A DNA stretch of 64,000 nt from Camelus dromedarius (taxonomy: Eukaryota). The first letter of the stretch is position 1, and each line of letters begins with the position of its first letter. The stretch is from contig NC_087437.1 of the NCBI RefSeq assembly GCF_036321535.1, forward strand, positions 34,288,001-34,352,000. The letters run 5' to 3'. Under the pieces are notes generated by a model. The model saw only the letters and a list, made by a program, of their open reading frames with translations, had not been told where the DNA came from and did no database searches. A program made the position numbers and the translations under genes. Below are positions 13,455-27,145 of the stretch, one piece after another.

Positions 13455-13990
13455 TTACAAAGCTGAGGCAAAATTATCTACTGTAAATGTACAGAACCTA
13501 CATGCACATCTTGATGGACTTTTACATATGTATACACCCATGTAACCACTACCGAGGTCAAGATTTTTTAAAATTGCATCAGCCCCCATGCCCCTCCCCA
13601 GCCAATAACCTCCTCCCCCAGAGGTAACCAGCTTTCTAACTTTTAACACCACAGTGTGCTTCACCTGTTTTTGAACTTATAGGACATAGAAACATGCTGT
13701 ATGTCATCCTTGGTGTCCGACTTGTTTTGCTGAACATCATGAATTTGAGTTTCATCCATCTTGTCGCACGTACCAGTGGTTTGTTCCTTTTACTTGTTGA
13801 ATCATATTCCACTGTGTGAATGTGCTATAATTTGTGTGTCCCTTCTCCTCCATGGCCATTTGAGTTTGTTTCCAACTTGGGCCAATTATGAAGAAAGCTG
13901 CTATACACATTCTCATAATGTGTTTTTGTAAACACATGACACTCAGTTCTCTTGAGTAAATACCCAGGAGTGAAATCAATAGTGTGGGTT
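13455..13990 (-). mobile_element. Old L1 3' fragment
   Basis: ttcatccatcttgt...ttccaacttgggccaattatgaagaaagctgct...tacccaggagtgaaat, typical antisense L1 3' end. Confidence 0.8.
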
Positions 13991-16937
13991 TAATGTCAGC
14001 AGGCACAGGGGCATTTAATGAATGCTATTTGTTAGAATAAATGAGTGAATGGACGAATGAGACTTTAAGGCCACAGTCAGCTTTCAGACACTAACAGAGG
14101 AGTGTATGAATTAGGGGTTAAAAAGGGTTTGTTGCAAATCAAGCCTTTTAGACAGGGCTGGCGATGGTTTTAGGGCAGAGCTTGGGGCTTTGACAGGTTA
14201 GAGGGGAGAGAAGTTCCACTGGAAGACGCCCAGGGAGAGGCAAGTCAGAGCTGGAGTGAGACGGGGCGGGGAGGGGGCTTCATGCAGTGCTGAGAGGGGG
14301 TTCTGGCAGAGACAGGGGACCCACGCACATCCGTGCCCACCAAGAGAGCAGTAGAATGTGCTTCCAGAGATTCTTCATCATGTTTCCTAATTGGTTGCCT
14401 TCACCTTGGGAGTCTTTAGTCATAAAACATTTAGCTGCCAAAACAAAACATTATCAATTCAGCCGTATGGATAATGTATCAGCAGTGCAACCCACAATTA
14501 GTGCAGCTGTCAGTCAAGCGCTGCCCGGGAAGGTACAGTGGGCCGGAGCCCCGTCCCTGTCCCTGCCCTGTCTCCCCTTACTGTTCCAGCCGCCCCTCTG
14601 CACTCACACACCAGCACCACCCCGCTTTCTCCAGCACCGTACGGCCTGCTCTCCAATCCCTCAGTCGCAGCCACACTCGCTTCGGTACTGGCAGCCCTCC
14701 CCACTCCCAGGAGTACTGGAGTATTTTCTGAATTTGAACAGGGAATTGTGTGTGGGCGGGGGTGAATCAATGCTGATGACTGGTGGAGTATCTGACACCA
14801 GGAGGAGGAGTTGAGGAAGGAGCGATGGAGACATCCCAGTTTCCCCATATCTCACCTACTTTGCCTTTGTAAGTGGTCGATCCTGCCCATAACACATCTC
14901 TGCACTTCTGGTTTTACCATTAAGACTTACATTCAAAACTTTCAACCTGCCTTCCATGGCTCTTACCACCTCCAGGCCCTTGTCTCCCTCCTCCTTTCAT
15001 TTTGGCCACATTGGCTTTCTCTCTGCCCTCAACACCCCAAGTTCTTGTCTCTAAGAGTCTGCAGACATGCCCCAGCCTACTGGCACCCTCACCCACCTCT
15101 CACCTCTTGCTAATTCCCTTTATTCCTTCATCTCAACAGAGTGTCCTTCCTGGTCCCATTCTATGTAAGGTCTCCCTCAGAGGCTCATGTGTTTCTTCTA
15201 GCATTTATGACTCTAGAAATTTTGAAAGTTACTGTGTAATGCTTAGTTGATGTCTACTCTGCCACTGGGATATAAGCCCCATGTGGACACGGGTTTTCAC
15301 TGCCTAACTCAGGGGCTGACACACCGTATATGCTAATTTAAGCCTATGGCATTAAGGACATGAACAGATGGTCTCTCTCCACCCCCATGCCTTTCATTCT
15401 GACTGTTGCCATAAGGCAAAGTGGAACATCATTATTGTTCCTAGTAGTAATGGACCAAAATCATCAGTTCTGCTATCTAAATTGTTCAAATTTGATGGAG
15501 GGAAAAATGCTAGGTCTGTCTCTTCCCTTTGGAAAATATATATCTTTTAAAAGATGGTTTTGCCCAAGCACTGGAATTGAGTTAAAATCAGCCACTTTCC
15601 CTTTGGCTCCAGCTCCAGTTCTGGTATTGTAACCAGCAGGAGGCCCTTGCCAGGTGGTTCTCAAGGAGCATCAATTCTGACTTAGTCAAAATCTAATTAT
15701 ACAGTTTGTGGATCATTCAGCTTCCGGGCTGTCCTCTCTCCTCCCATCATCTGTCCTTCCGTGATACTCAGAGCTCCCACCACAAGGAGGGCCTGGGCGA
15801 AGATCACGGAATCTTGGGTTCCCCAAAGTGCTGAAGCCACACGCAGCTCATCCAGGCAGGAAGGGGCCCAGGTAAATGACCCTTGCACCCCCAGCCAGAT
15901 GTGCCTACTCTGGCACTGGAATGTGGACTGAGGGTTCCTCGTCGAGGTGACTCAAGTCTAGAGGCAGATAAACCTCAGGTTTAGTCCCCACTTTGCCACC
16001 TACAGTCGCTTGACCTTGGATAAGAGGCTTCATCTCACCCAGCTGACCCCTCTGGGTGACAGATGTTTATTTTAAAAACTCTCTCGCTCTGAGCAATGAG
16101 ACTTAAGTTATCAAACGTGTCCGTACCCTAGTTTCCTCCTCTGCAAAATGGGGCTAACAATAATTGCTATCTCACAGGGTTATTGTGAAGATTAAATAAC
16201 TTAACATGTGCAAACTCTGCTAAAAATCTATTAGGATGACAACGACAATGATGATGATGTTTTTATAGCACTGTGACTGTCACTTTTGAGTCAAACAAAC
16301 CTGGGCAAATCCCAGATGTATGACCTTGAGGAAGTTACTCAGTATTTCTAAGGTTCTGTTTCCTCATCTGTAAAACGGGATGACAATGAGCGCCTCCCTC
16401 ACATGGTGGTTGTGAGAATAAAGTGCTCACAACCTCCCTATGTGGTCCTGGCATACAGTAAGTGCTCAACAAAGAATAGCTATCATTCTGATTGAAATCA
16501 TTACGGTTACACAATCCTCAAGGGATTCTTTAAATTGAGACCTTTTAGAGATGGCAAAAGAATCCTTTTAGAAATGAGCTCACAGTCTATACTGATAATA
16601 GACATCTCACAAGGCAAAGCACAGACAACCACCTATCAAATGATGTGTGCATCTACTGTCAGACCCTGGTTGCCCTTACTGAGCCGCATCCTTAGCTGGG
16701 AGGGCTGGGTGAGCAGACCCAGTGCTGGCCCCAGTCAGCATTCAGGGGCACCTGCTGCCCTGGCACTGAGCAGGCTGTCGACATCTTGATTCAGCGCCCC
16801 AGGGGCTGAGTCTCAGTCGTTGCTCCAACTCCTGGCCAGGGAACGTATTGCAGAGGGTTGGGTCTTCCCTTACACTCCTCCCAGTGGCAGACGAGCCACT
16901 TTGGCCAGCCAGTGCCAGCTCTGTGGCCTGCTGGCAT

Positions 16938-17538
16938 TGAGACAGGAGGGAAGGGGGCAGGGCACAGCCATTAAAAGAATGACACAGCAGTCAGCACCAA
17001 GATGGTGGAAGATTCAACTCCCAGTAGACCTTGAACTTCAATATACGCTCATTGAAATACAACAGCTGCTAAATGGCCCTCCCACAGGTGCCAGGACAGT
17101 TTTAAGGCTGACCATAAAAGGTCAAAGGGTGAGTGATGGCCTAGTTCCTGGGAATCCCTGCCCCTTCCCCAAAGTAGTCGGAATAATCCTGCTACTTGTT
17201 AGCATATGAAGTTACCGAGCCCATAAAAGCTAACCACCCCCACACCTCATGGCCATGTGTGAGACGGAGTCTATGAAGTGTGTAACTACGTTTACTTTAA
17301 ACTGAGCACCCACCCCCCATACCTTATGGCCTTTCTCTTGCCTTCTGAAACAGCCTGCACTCTGCCTATGGATTATGTATCTCTCTCTGAATAAATTTAC
17401 CTTTAGTCAACTGTGGCTTGCTCTTAAATTCTTTCCTGTGTGAAGCCAAGGAACCGCACTTGGCAGGGCGTGTCCCAGGGACTCAGCTGAGACCTGGGAC
17501 GCAGCCATCTTATCACCTCACATTTTCTTCCTGTGTCT
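16938..17538 (+). mobile_element. Solo ERV1 LTR, MER41-like artiodactyl family
   Basis: Starts TGAGACAGGAGGGAAGGGGGCAGGGCAC; AATAAA at ~17390; 4-bp TSD GCAT at 16934-16937 and 17539-17542. Family name from recall. Confidence 0.8.
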
Positions 17539-20500
17539 GCATCCTCTGGTCTCTCCCAGGGCACACAGGACATGAGCTGGGCTTCAAAGCCTATCTGGGA
17601 GTGGAGGTGGGGGGTGGCCTTGCGTTGCCTGGAAAGCAATTCCCCATGTAAGCCCGACAAGACACGCCCTACGACTATTAAGCATTCCGCAGCAACAGCC
17701 CCTGGAAAGCTCAAGGGAGCTTGTCCCTGCTCCTCACTGCACAGTTACTTCATGCCCAGTACCTAAAGCCGGCGCATCCCGTGTGGTCCTCCGCTGCGCT
17801 CTGAGGGAGACAGGAGGGTTAGGAGGCATCCAGAGTTCACACGTGGGGCACCAGAGGCCAGGGGACAAGCTTTGTTCAGGTTCAATGTGTTCGTAAGCAG
17901 TGCACCTGAGGCTCCAGCCGTTTTTCTAAGTCTCGGGCCGTTTCTCTGTCCTCCGGGCTCTGCATGGCATGGCGCTTGCTGACCTCCACAAACGTAGGTC
18001 ACTTTTACGGCTGCTATTCAACATGGGCTAAAGGATCTCATAAATGAGTGGACAAGTGAACAAAGTTTGGGCCCAAAGACCAGCGTTTCTATAGCAGCAG
18101 CCAGGAGAAGCCGGTGCCATGGTGGGTGGGATGGGGCTGCCCTGGGGACTGCTGAGGACAGAATCAGCCTCACTGATGAGATCAACTCAGAATGGCAGCC
18201 AGAACAACCAGCCATTTTCTAAGGTGGCCTCAAAGGCAGCTTTGAGCTTTTCCATGGATTTAATTCCTCCCACTTAGGACGCCCTCAACCATTGACCACA
18301 TGTGTATTTAAAGTAAGGCATTAAGCAACATTCTGGCATATAGCCAACTCCATCCTATTTTTCTAGAAACTATGAAGCTTGTGGAGAAGCCCCAGTAAGA
18401 TAATATATGAACAAAAGAAGAAAAAAGAGTTAATTCCACAAAATGCAGTAACTACTAAGTCAACTCCTTTTAAAACATTTTAGAGATTTTAAGGTCAAGA
18501 ATTAATGGTCCGCTTACTTCAAAGGAATCAATTTATTTCTTCATCATTCGTTTTCAGAATCAATCGTTTTGCGTCACCTAGAGAACTTAAGAAATTGAAC
18601 TTGAGAGCACATTACCGTAAAACACTCCTCAGTCTATGTATGACTTCCAGCTACTACAAGTCTTTTTCACATAAATCCCAAAGATAGTTGATTTCTTGTT
18701 GCTTTGCTCTAACTGTAATAGCTGGTAATAATGTGGTTCTATAGAGGCGTCCTAAATAATGGGTAGCAAAGTGAAGGGCTTGCAGGGATCAATTCAGACT
18801 AGCAGACATGTAGAGAGAACCTACACAGACCAGGCATGTGCCACACGCAGGCAAGGGTGTCCAGCGTCACTGAGCAGTGCCGGCAGCCGATTCAGGAGAT
18901 GCATCTAGAAAGATGCATTTGCGTTTTCCTCCACTGGCTGAGTTATTTCTGCAAGATGGGTTTGTTCTGGGGTCCTGAATTATTTAAAGATTTATGCTGA
19001 GAAGTTGGAGGGCAATAATTAGGTACCAATGTATCTTTGGTCACATTTATTAGGTTTCTGCTATATAAAAACATCTAACCAATTAAGCCTAAAGGCTGAT
19101 GCTAATGTCCCCACCTGCAACTAATTGGGTGACCTTGGGCAAGTTCATCCACAGCTCTAAGCTTCAGCTTGCCTAGTTGGTCTGTAAGGCTGTCTCCAAT
19201 GCTAACAGTCTGGAAAACCCCATGTTAATCAACACCACCAGGGGTTCAGACGGACCAGCTGTTTGGCAGAAGACAGAACCTCCAGATGAATAAGGGGCAT
19301 TTACCACTGGGCTTTTTGGCAGTTGCACACCCAGTGAATAGTGCTGGGAGCAGATTAGCAAGGGAGGCTTGGATAGAGAAAGCTTTAGTAATTCAAGCCT
19401 TTAAGCATCCTATTTACTGAGAAGTGGCTCTGGATTAAATAAACATTGAAATTACACACTCATCCCAAATTGGATTTCAGGCTGAGCATCATTACTGGAG
19501 TGGAGGAGAGACAGCTGCAGCCCAAGGTTACCTGTTCTCCTCAACCTTCAGTGCTAAATGGATCGTTAAATTCTCCCAAACCACCATGAAGTTCACACTG
19601 CACTGGACTGGATGCAATGGGAAACTTGATCGGGGCCACTGCTCACTGCAGGGGTGGGGGTTGGAGGTTCTACTGATCCCACCCCTAACTCTTAATGGAC
19701 TATGTATTTGACCTAGAGAAAATCTTGTTCTGTGATCACTAGGGTCCTGCCCGTCGCTAACATTTTACCATCTATCACTTGTTTCTAATGAGAATCAGGC
19801 CAAAATGAGCGCTCCCGGCAGCCTCTCAAGTAGTAAAGGCAGAGATGTAGCCGTGGTTCCAGACCTTGGCTGCACGTGGGAATCCCCTGAGGAGCTGTTA
19901 CAATTACTGACATTGGGTCCCCCCAAGAGATTCTAATTTAATTGGTCTGAGGATAGCCTAGGCTTTAATTTGATTAGCTCCCTGGTGATACTAGTGCACA
20001 TCCAGGCTGAGAACCCGTGTTTCAGGGGGTAAGTTACATGAGGTGTGCAGCAGACACTGTTAGCCACCCAAAAGTCATTCACGCTCAATGCCTTGTCTTC
20101 TCATAAAAACGCTAGAAAGGTAGAATGCTCTCCTCCCCAGAATTCTTTGCAGCTAAGAGGCCCATGTGACCCAGTTCTGATCAATGAGATGTGAGTAGTA
20201 TTCACTGGGTGGAGAATCCAGGAAAGCTTTTTCAAGGAGATTGACCTGGCTGACATGCCCTCTAGCCTCTTGCCTGTATTTCTTTTTTTCTTCCTGCTTG
20301 TGATATAGGTGGCATGCCTGGAGCTGCAGCAGCCATGTTGTAATCAAGTGGATGAAAGCCAAATGCTAAAGTAAAGGTAGCAGAGCAGGAAGGTGCCTGG
20401 ATTTCGGGGGTCTTCATGACCTGTGATACCTGCCCTGCTGCCTATCCTGGGACTCCTTGATGCTTGAAATAAATACTCCCCTTACTTATTTCAGTCACTG

Positions 20501-23500
20501 TCAGTCACATTTCCTCTTGTGTGCAACGTAACACCATCCTTAAATGATACAGAGTGTGAAAGGTGGTAACAAGACACGCTTCACCTTCTCAAGGTTTCCC
20601 CAGTCCTACAGCATGGACCCAGAGCGAGAGACAATTTCCTTAGTTTAAAAATGGCCGTTGTGCCTAAACCACTTTTACTCAAACCAGGAGGAGCCGTGTG
20701 TTTTTACTGCTGTGGGAGGCTCCCCAGAGGGCCTACACTTTGACAGAACCATCTGGAGACGAGCTACTTGATTAAGGTTATTGGAAGGCTCTCGGAAAAC
20801 TGTACCAACACTTCACTACCATCCTGACCCCCGTCAGCCTCACCAAAGCTGCGAGGGAAAAGGCCTGGTGTGCTCAAGGGTACAAGGGTAGGAAGCTAAA
20901 AACAGCTGTGCAGAGCAGGGGCTCCATAAATCTCAGGAACTTCTGAAGAAATGTGACCTCAGAGGCCATGATCCTAGCAGTCATTCATGACTGGCCCGAG
21001 AGGCTATGTGGCTGGGGTGTGGAGGGGGGCCATCAGTGTCTCTTGCTGTCTTGGCATCCTCACCTCTCTAGATATCCTTTCTATAGCCAACTTCCACACT
21101 CACGGCAAAGAGTCTGAGTGTTAGCCATCCTTATGTCACCAGCACTAGCAGAGGATCTGGCAGAGAGGAGGTGCTCACTAAAGGAACCAACATTCGTCCT
21201 CACAACCTGCTCACTCTTGTCTCAGGTCCCCACCATCACCCCCCGTTCCTGTGTGGTGAGAAATCTAACCTGTTCCAGGCACTAGGTTCTGGCTCCTTCT
21301 CTTACTACCTCCTCCAGGTCACCCTACTGCCTTTCGCATGCTCACTCTGGTGTTCAGAAAGAGACACGGGGAAGCAGCAGGAGAGACTTCGGGTTCAAGG
21401 CAGGTGACTTTGTTTTTCAGGATATGTCTGTCTGTCTGCTGGTGGCAGTCATCTAGTAAAGAGGGAGACACTGAAGATTCAGAAGAGACAGAGGAGAAAC
21501 AAAGGGCTGAGGTCCTTGAGAAGGTGAAAGCGGTTACGTTGACCTCTAAGAGAAGGGACACGTCCTCCATTGACACAGGAGCTAAGACAGGCCCTCTGTC
21601 AGGAGACTTGTAAGCCTGGCTTCTATTTTCCTAATAAAGTAGGACGGGAGGTCCTCAGCTGAGACTAGTAGAGGTCAGGTTATGGAAGTCTGAGGAAGGA
21701 GAGCTGGTATAAACCCACCACGACTCTCTTCCTCTTTTCCCTTTCTCTTCCACAGGCCCACCTTGTTCATGATCTGCTGGCAGGCTTTTGATGACCAACA
21801 TGATGACTGAGTTTGGCCTCCTCAGCCTGGGTTGTGAGATCTGATCAATCTATTCAACTGTCTTAATTGTCTAATACTAACTCCCACAGAGAATGGGCAT
21901 GGAGTTACTGTCCCACACTAAGTCAAAGTAAGCTCCTGCAACTGCTCCTCATATCTCAGCATCACCAGCTCCTACCCTTATCCTGGTGATGGCAAGGGAA
22001 GGAGAGGCAGGGAGTCTAATTTGGGCTACAGCAGGTGAAATTTGGGAAATTCAGCAAAGTCTAAATAAGGCCCCACTCAGATCCTGAAATATGGTGACTG
22101 AGAGAAGCAAAGATGAGTTCTGAGGCCTCTGGACATCCTTTGGCAAAACTTCCAGTGCTTCTATGAGACACAGTAGAAACAATAATCTTAGTATCCCAAG
22201 ATTATTGTAACTTTATCTTAGTCAACCTCAGTCCACCCACTCTACACAATGACATTAATAGAGATACCCTGAAATATAGGAGTGGGAGTACAGGAGGCTG
22301 GGAATAAACTAGGGGGGAATGTGGGGTGAGGTTTTCCCCTAGTTTAGATCCCATAAAATTCTCTAGGAATACTTCTTGAGTCACTGCTGGGAATCCCACA
22401 CCAGCCAGGGAAGTAGACCAACTCCAAAGGGGGGCTAAGGAGTAATTGGGCACTATCATTCTGGAACTAAGAATGCAGAGGGGCCTGAACATCCATCTGG
22501 TCCTGGAGAACCACAATTCTTGGCTTCGAATGTAGCCCAGAGGGAAGGCTATGAGGCCCACAGCTTGTGTGCAGAACTGAGGGGAAACATTGACCAATAT
22601 CATTCAAGAAAACCCCCTGCCTGCCTCCTGCTAATTCAATGCCCACTGTAGTGCCCATCATCTTGTCACCTTTGTTTATGCTCCTCCCAGTGGAGTCTTC
22701 ACCCTCCAACTCCCCACAGTCAGAGCTTCTACATCTCAATGCAAGTTTCAAAATTGACCATGCCTCGTCCCTTCAAAGTGACCAACACTCATAGCACTAG
22801 AAATTTGGAGTTTCCTTGGACGTAAAGTCTTGTGGTGCATGCCTCTGCAAAGCACTGACTTTAATATTATGGAATTTTACCCACATGAGAAGGAATTTTT
22901 TGGAATATCTATTGAGGAATTAAGATTAATGAGTTGTTATGTTCTTATGATGGGAAAGGGGATAGAAAACTTTGCAATCCATGTTCAGCCTTCTTCCATG
23001 AAAACATAAAATCACGTGTTAGAGCATCTGGATGGCCTCAAAGCAGTGGCTGGCCAGAGTATTGGGGGCTCAGTGGCTTTTGAAAGTGCGTATTTATTTT
23101 TACAGGAAAAATTAAATGAAGGATGTTGGAGTGTAGGGGTGGTTATGTTGAAAAATTTGCCCAGGTGACTTGACATAACAGGAAATATCTTAGTTCACTT
23201 GGTAGAGGAAATCCAGTGCTTCCACCCAGCATAATGGGAGAGAATTCTAAGGAATTTAAATCATAAAAAGAAAAAGAAAGTAAGAAGTGAAAGTAGAAAG
23301 AAAACAAAGGATGTTGTAACTGTAAACATAAAGACCGTGTGTCACAATTTCCTCTACCACTGGGCATCTAACCAGCCCTCCTTAGTACATACATTTATCT
23401 TTTTTCACCCTTAGCTCTCCAATGATTTCTAATGGACTGCGGTTAAAATCCTAACAGATCTTGTCCAATGGTCTTCAATCAGGATCACAATGAAAGACAA

Positions 23501-24825
23501 GCCAAGAACCCCGTTTGCTCTTACTCTGGAGTACCTTCACCTTTGCCCAATTTTCCATTTATGCCACTGACCTTAGACCTCTGGATGACGAATATAAGAA
23601 AGAAAGTGATTCTGCTACCAAGCATCCTAAACATCTCTGTTATCATCCCCAAGATCTGAAATTACGTGCTGTCCCATTTGTGAGCTCATTAATCTCTGTT
23701 TTCCAGCGGGAGCTGTACAATTACAAAGAACTGCTCGGCAGAGGTCTGTAGTAGCTGTCCAATGGCAGCATTACCAAGCCACAGGCACACTTGCCTGAGT
23801 GGAATGGGAATGCACAGTAGAGGGCAGGGAGGGCAGGTAACGGGGTTTGAGCTAATCAAAGCACAAGGCTTGTTTAGAATTTATTGACATGTTGTTAAAT
23901 GTGTTGCAGCTTTTCCTAGTATGATGGCTGTTTTTTTATTGATTTTTCAAAAAACAAGCTTTCAATATTGTGGTTTGTTTATCATGGAGCTTGGGGCTGT
24001 TGAAAGTTGACCTCAAAATTGATGTAATTAACTGACCTTAGTTTTCTCTCTTTAATTGATGTTGAATTGCAGACAAAAAAAAAAGTATGTGTGTGGGGGT
24101 GTAGTTTTCTAGTTAGTTGGATGTCATTTTTGGCTTTTATAGCCGCCTGGTTACTCAACAATAACTTTCCAAATGTTAGCTCTGCTCTGATTATTAGCTT
24201 TATGATGATTACTTTGCCATTAAGCCTAATCAACAGCTGTGCGGAAACTCATTTCAATCATATTTTTCCTGCTTAGAAATTAGCAGATGAAGGATAATTA
24301 GTGCCGAATAGCTCCAGAGTTCTGATTGGCTGCTTCCTGTCTAACACTGTCAAAAATGAAAAATGAAAACTTAAAGAAAATGTAAAACTTTTATTTTTAC
24401 TTTCTAAATAAACTGTGAACTCGCTCTTTTTTCCCAGCCAGAGGAACTCCAGTTCCAAAATGAAAGTGTACAACCGCCATCAAGGACCAACCATGCAATT
24501 AAGTACTCATCTTTAGATTGAAAATGCTTTCATGGCCCCAAAGAATATCGTACTAATAATAAATAACAGTTTGGAAAACTGTTGAAAATACACCCATACA
24601 ACTTACACAATTTCTTTAGGTTTCAGACACTAGTAATACTTGATTATGAAATATTCTTATAACAGTGGAATAAACATGGGAAAAATGGGTAAATAGTCAT
24701 AGTCTAGGATGTTTTACAAATCTGAACGTCAAAAAAAGAAAGTCTGCAGAGCTGATCTGCTCTAAAACAGTGGTTTGCAAACTTAGATTTAGACTTAGAT
24801 TTGAGAACAAATCTACATTCATGAT

Positions 24826-24952
24826 TCTTTTTGAGGGAGAGGTAATTCAGTTTATTTGTTTATTTATGTACTTAATGGAGGTGCTGGGGATTGAACCCAG
24901 GACCTCGTACATGCCAAGCATGTACTCTATCAGTTGAGCTATACCGTCTCCC
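24826..24952 (-). mobile_element. Vic-1-like SINE nested in a MER5A-like element
   Basis: gaggtaattcag...ggggattgaacccaggacctc...gagctatacc. Confidence 0.88.
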
Positions 24953-25016
24953 TTGCAAACAAATCTAAAACAAAAATCTATTAGAATCGCATGGAGAGCT
25001 TGATAAAACACAGGGG

Positions 25017-25156
25017 GTTTTGTTTGTTTGTTTTTATCTGCAGGGCAGAGGTAACTAGGTCTACTTGTTATTTTTTTTAATGGAGGTACTGGGGATTGAA
25101 TCCAGGACCTCATGCGTGCTAAGCATGCACTCTACCACTTGAGCTATACCCTCCCA
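25017..25156 (-). mobile_element. Vic-1-like SINE nested in a MER5A-like element
   Basis: gaggtaactagg...ggggattgaatccaggacctc...gagctataccctccc. Confidence 0.88.
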
Positions 25157-26084
25157 CACACACATGTTGATAGGCTCAGTCAGTAGATCTGGGAAGGGGC
25201 CTGAGAATTTGCAATTCTAACAAGTTCCCAAGTGAGCCTGATGCTGCTGGTCCAGGAACCACACTTTAAGAACCATGTGTCTAAAGCTCATGTTTATTAA
25301 CTGCTCCTAGCTTTACAGTACCACCTTTACGCTCCCATAGACTACTACTACTCAAGCCAAACCACTCTGAAACGTTCCGTGTCTTCTAGCAAGCATCCAT
25401 CTGCTTTACATTTGACCATATATACACCTGCCCCCTCCTCTTCCTCCACCCTACACTGTGCCCTCCTTCCGGGCAGACGCAGAGCCACAGCAGGATTGGG
25501 TTCCACTTTGGGTCTCCCACAGTGTCATGAAGCTTGTTTGCTTTGATTTGTAATGGAACTAAGTTCCAAATAAGGGGGATGGTCTACATGACTTTAAGAA
25601 TCCTTTCTGGCCCCAGGGTTTTGTTATTCAAAAGCTACTTCTTCGATCTGGCCTTTGTTCTGGTCTCAGATACCGGCTAGCTGATCACTGAACCCATTTC
25701 CTTCTGTCAATCCAGTGTCCACAGCAGGAGTGCACCTCCCAGCCTCTCCTGCAGGAAGACATAGCCATGTGACTGAGTTCCAGTCAATGGAATGTACAGT
25801 ACTTCCAGGGCTGGCCCACAAGAACCACCCACAAGGGATCCTCCAGCTCTTCCCCACACCCCAACTGGTTTTAGGCAAATCAGCAGATAAAGTGATGATG
25901 AAGGAGCCTAAGGTGAAAGAAGCCTGAGTTCCCAAATCTAGGGCCCTAACAGTAGCGGCAGTAGTAAGGTACTGGGCTTTGCACGGCTTCTTAAGAAGCA
26001 GCCATTGCCCAGGAAACAATCCTGTGAAGATGTGTCATGAGACACAATTGAAACACCCCCAAGGATTCACAGAAACAACTGGGG

Positions 26085-26640
26085 AGAGACATTTGCTCTG
26101 ACTACTACACCTGTGTAGTAAATCACCCTAAAGTTAGAGGCTTAGGACAACAATAAGCATTTCTCATATTCTATAGTTTCTGTGGGTCAGGAATTCAAAG
26201 GGGGCACACAAGGCTGGCCGGGCTCTGCTCTTTGATGTCCAGGGCCTCGGCTGGAAAACTGTAATGTGGGGAGCCAGGATCATCACCAGGCTCATTCATT
26301 CACATGTCTGGTGTCTGATGCTGGCTGTTTATGGGGAACGTGCTGGGACTATCAGCTCGAGCATCTACGTGACCCTTCTCTGTGAGGCCTGAGCTTCCTT
26401 ACAGCACAGTTTCAAGGGCGAGTGTAGCAAGAGTTCGAGCCAGGCAGAAGCCATATTACCTTTTATGACACAGCCCTGGAAGTCGTCCAGAGCTTCCTCT
26501 GCTGTATTCTGTCAGTTCAAGGGGAGGGACCATGTACCCCAGATCCTGATAGAGGTATGTTAATGTCACATTGTAAGAGCATGTGAAATGGAATATATAT
26601 ATATGCACTTATCTTTGGAAAATAAAATCTGCCACAGTGT
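26085..26640. mobile_element. MLT1 (F/G-like) MaLR LTR
   Basis: tttctgtgggtcaggaattc...cattcacatgtctgg...tctttggaaaataaaatctgccaca. Confidence 0.7.
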
Positions 26641-26788
26641 TGAAGGAATTTGGATGCCTTACTCTTATACTACGGTTGGAGGTGGGGAGGAGAGGCAAGA
26701 GGAAGGGAAATATGGTTATTTCCATAGACCTGGGGAAAAATTGAATTACCTACCAATTTTATAGTTATATGTATTCTCAGGCCCTAGT

Positions 26789-27145
26789 TGTCTTTGTCAC
26801 TTTGGGTTGCTATAACAAAGGGCCATAGTCTGAGTGCCTTATAAGCAAGAGAAATTTATTTCTCACAGGTCTAGAGTCTGGGAAGTCCAAGATCAGGGTG
26901 CCAGCATGGTCGGGCTCTGGTGAAGGCCCCCTTCAGGGCTGCAGATCTCATTTTATCACCCCCATAGCAGGAGGGCAAGGGAGCTCTCTGAGGTCCCTTT
27001 TTAAAGGGCACTAATCTCATTCATGGGGGCTCCACCCTCATGACCTGATTACCTCCTAAAGGCTTTGTCTCCAAATATCCTCACACTGGAGGTTGGGATT
27101 TCAACACATGGATTGGTGGGTAACACAAACATTTAATCCACTATG
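26789..27145. mobile_element. MLT1A-like MaLR LTR
   Basis: tttgggttgctataacaaa...aaatttatttctcacag...gggaagtccaagatcagggtgccagcatggtc...ggcactaatctcattcatgggggctccaccctcatgacc. Confidence 0.85.

Larger units (their letters stand above)
24767..25280. mobile_element. MER5A-like hAT DNA transposon interrupted by two SINEs
   Basis: cagtggtt terminus; gggcctgagaatttgcaattctaacaagttccca...tgatgctgctggtccaggaaccacactttaagaacca. Confidence 0.75.
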
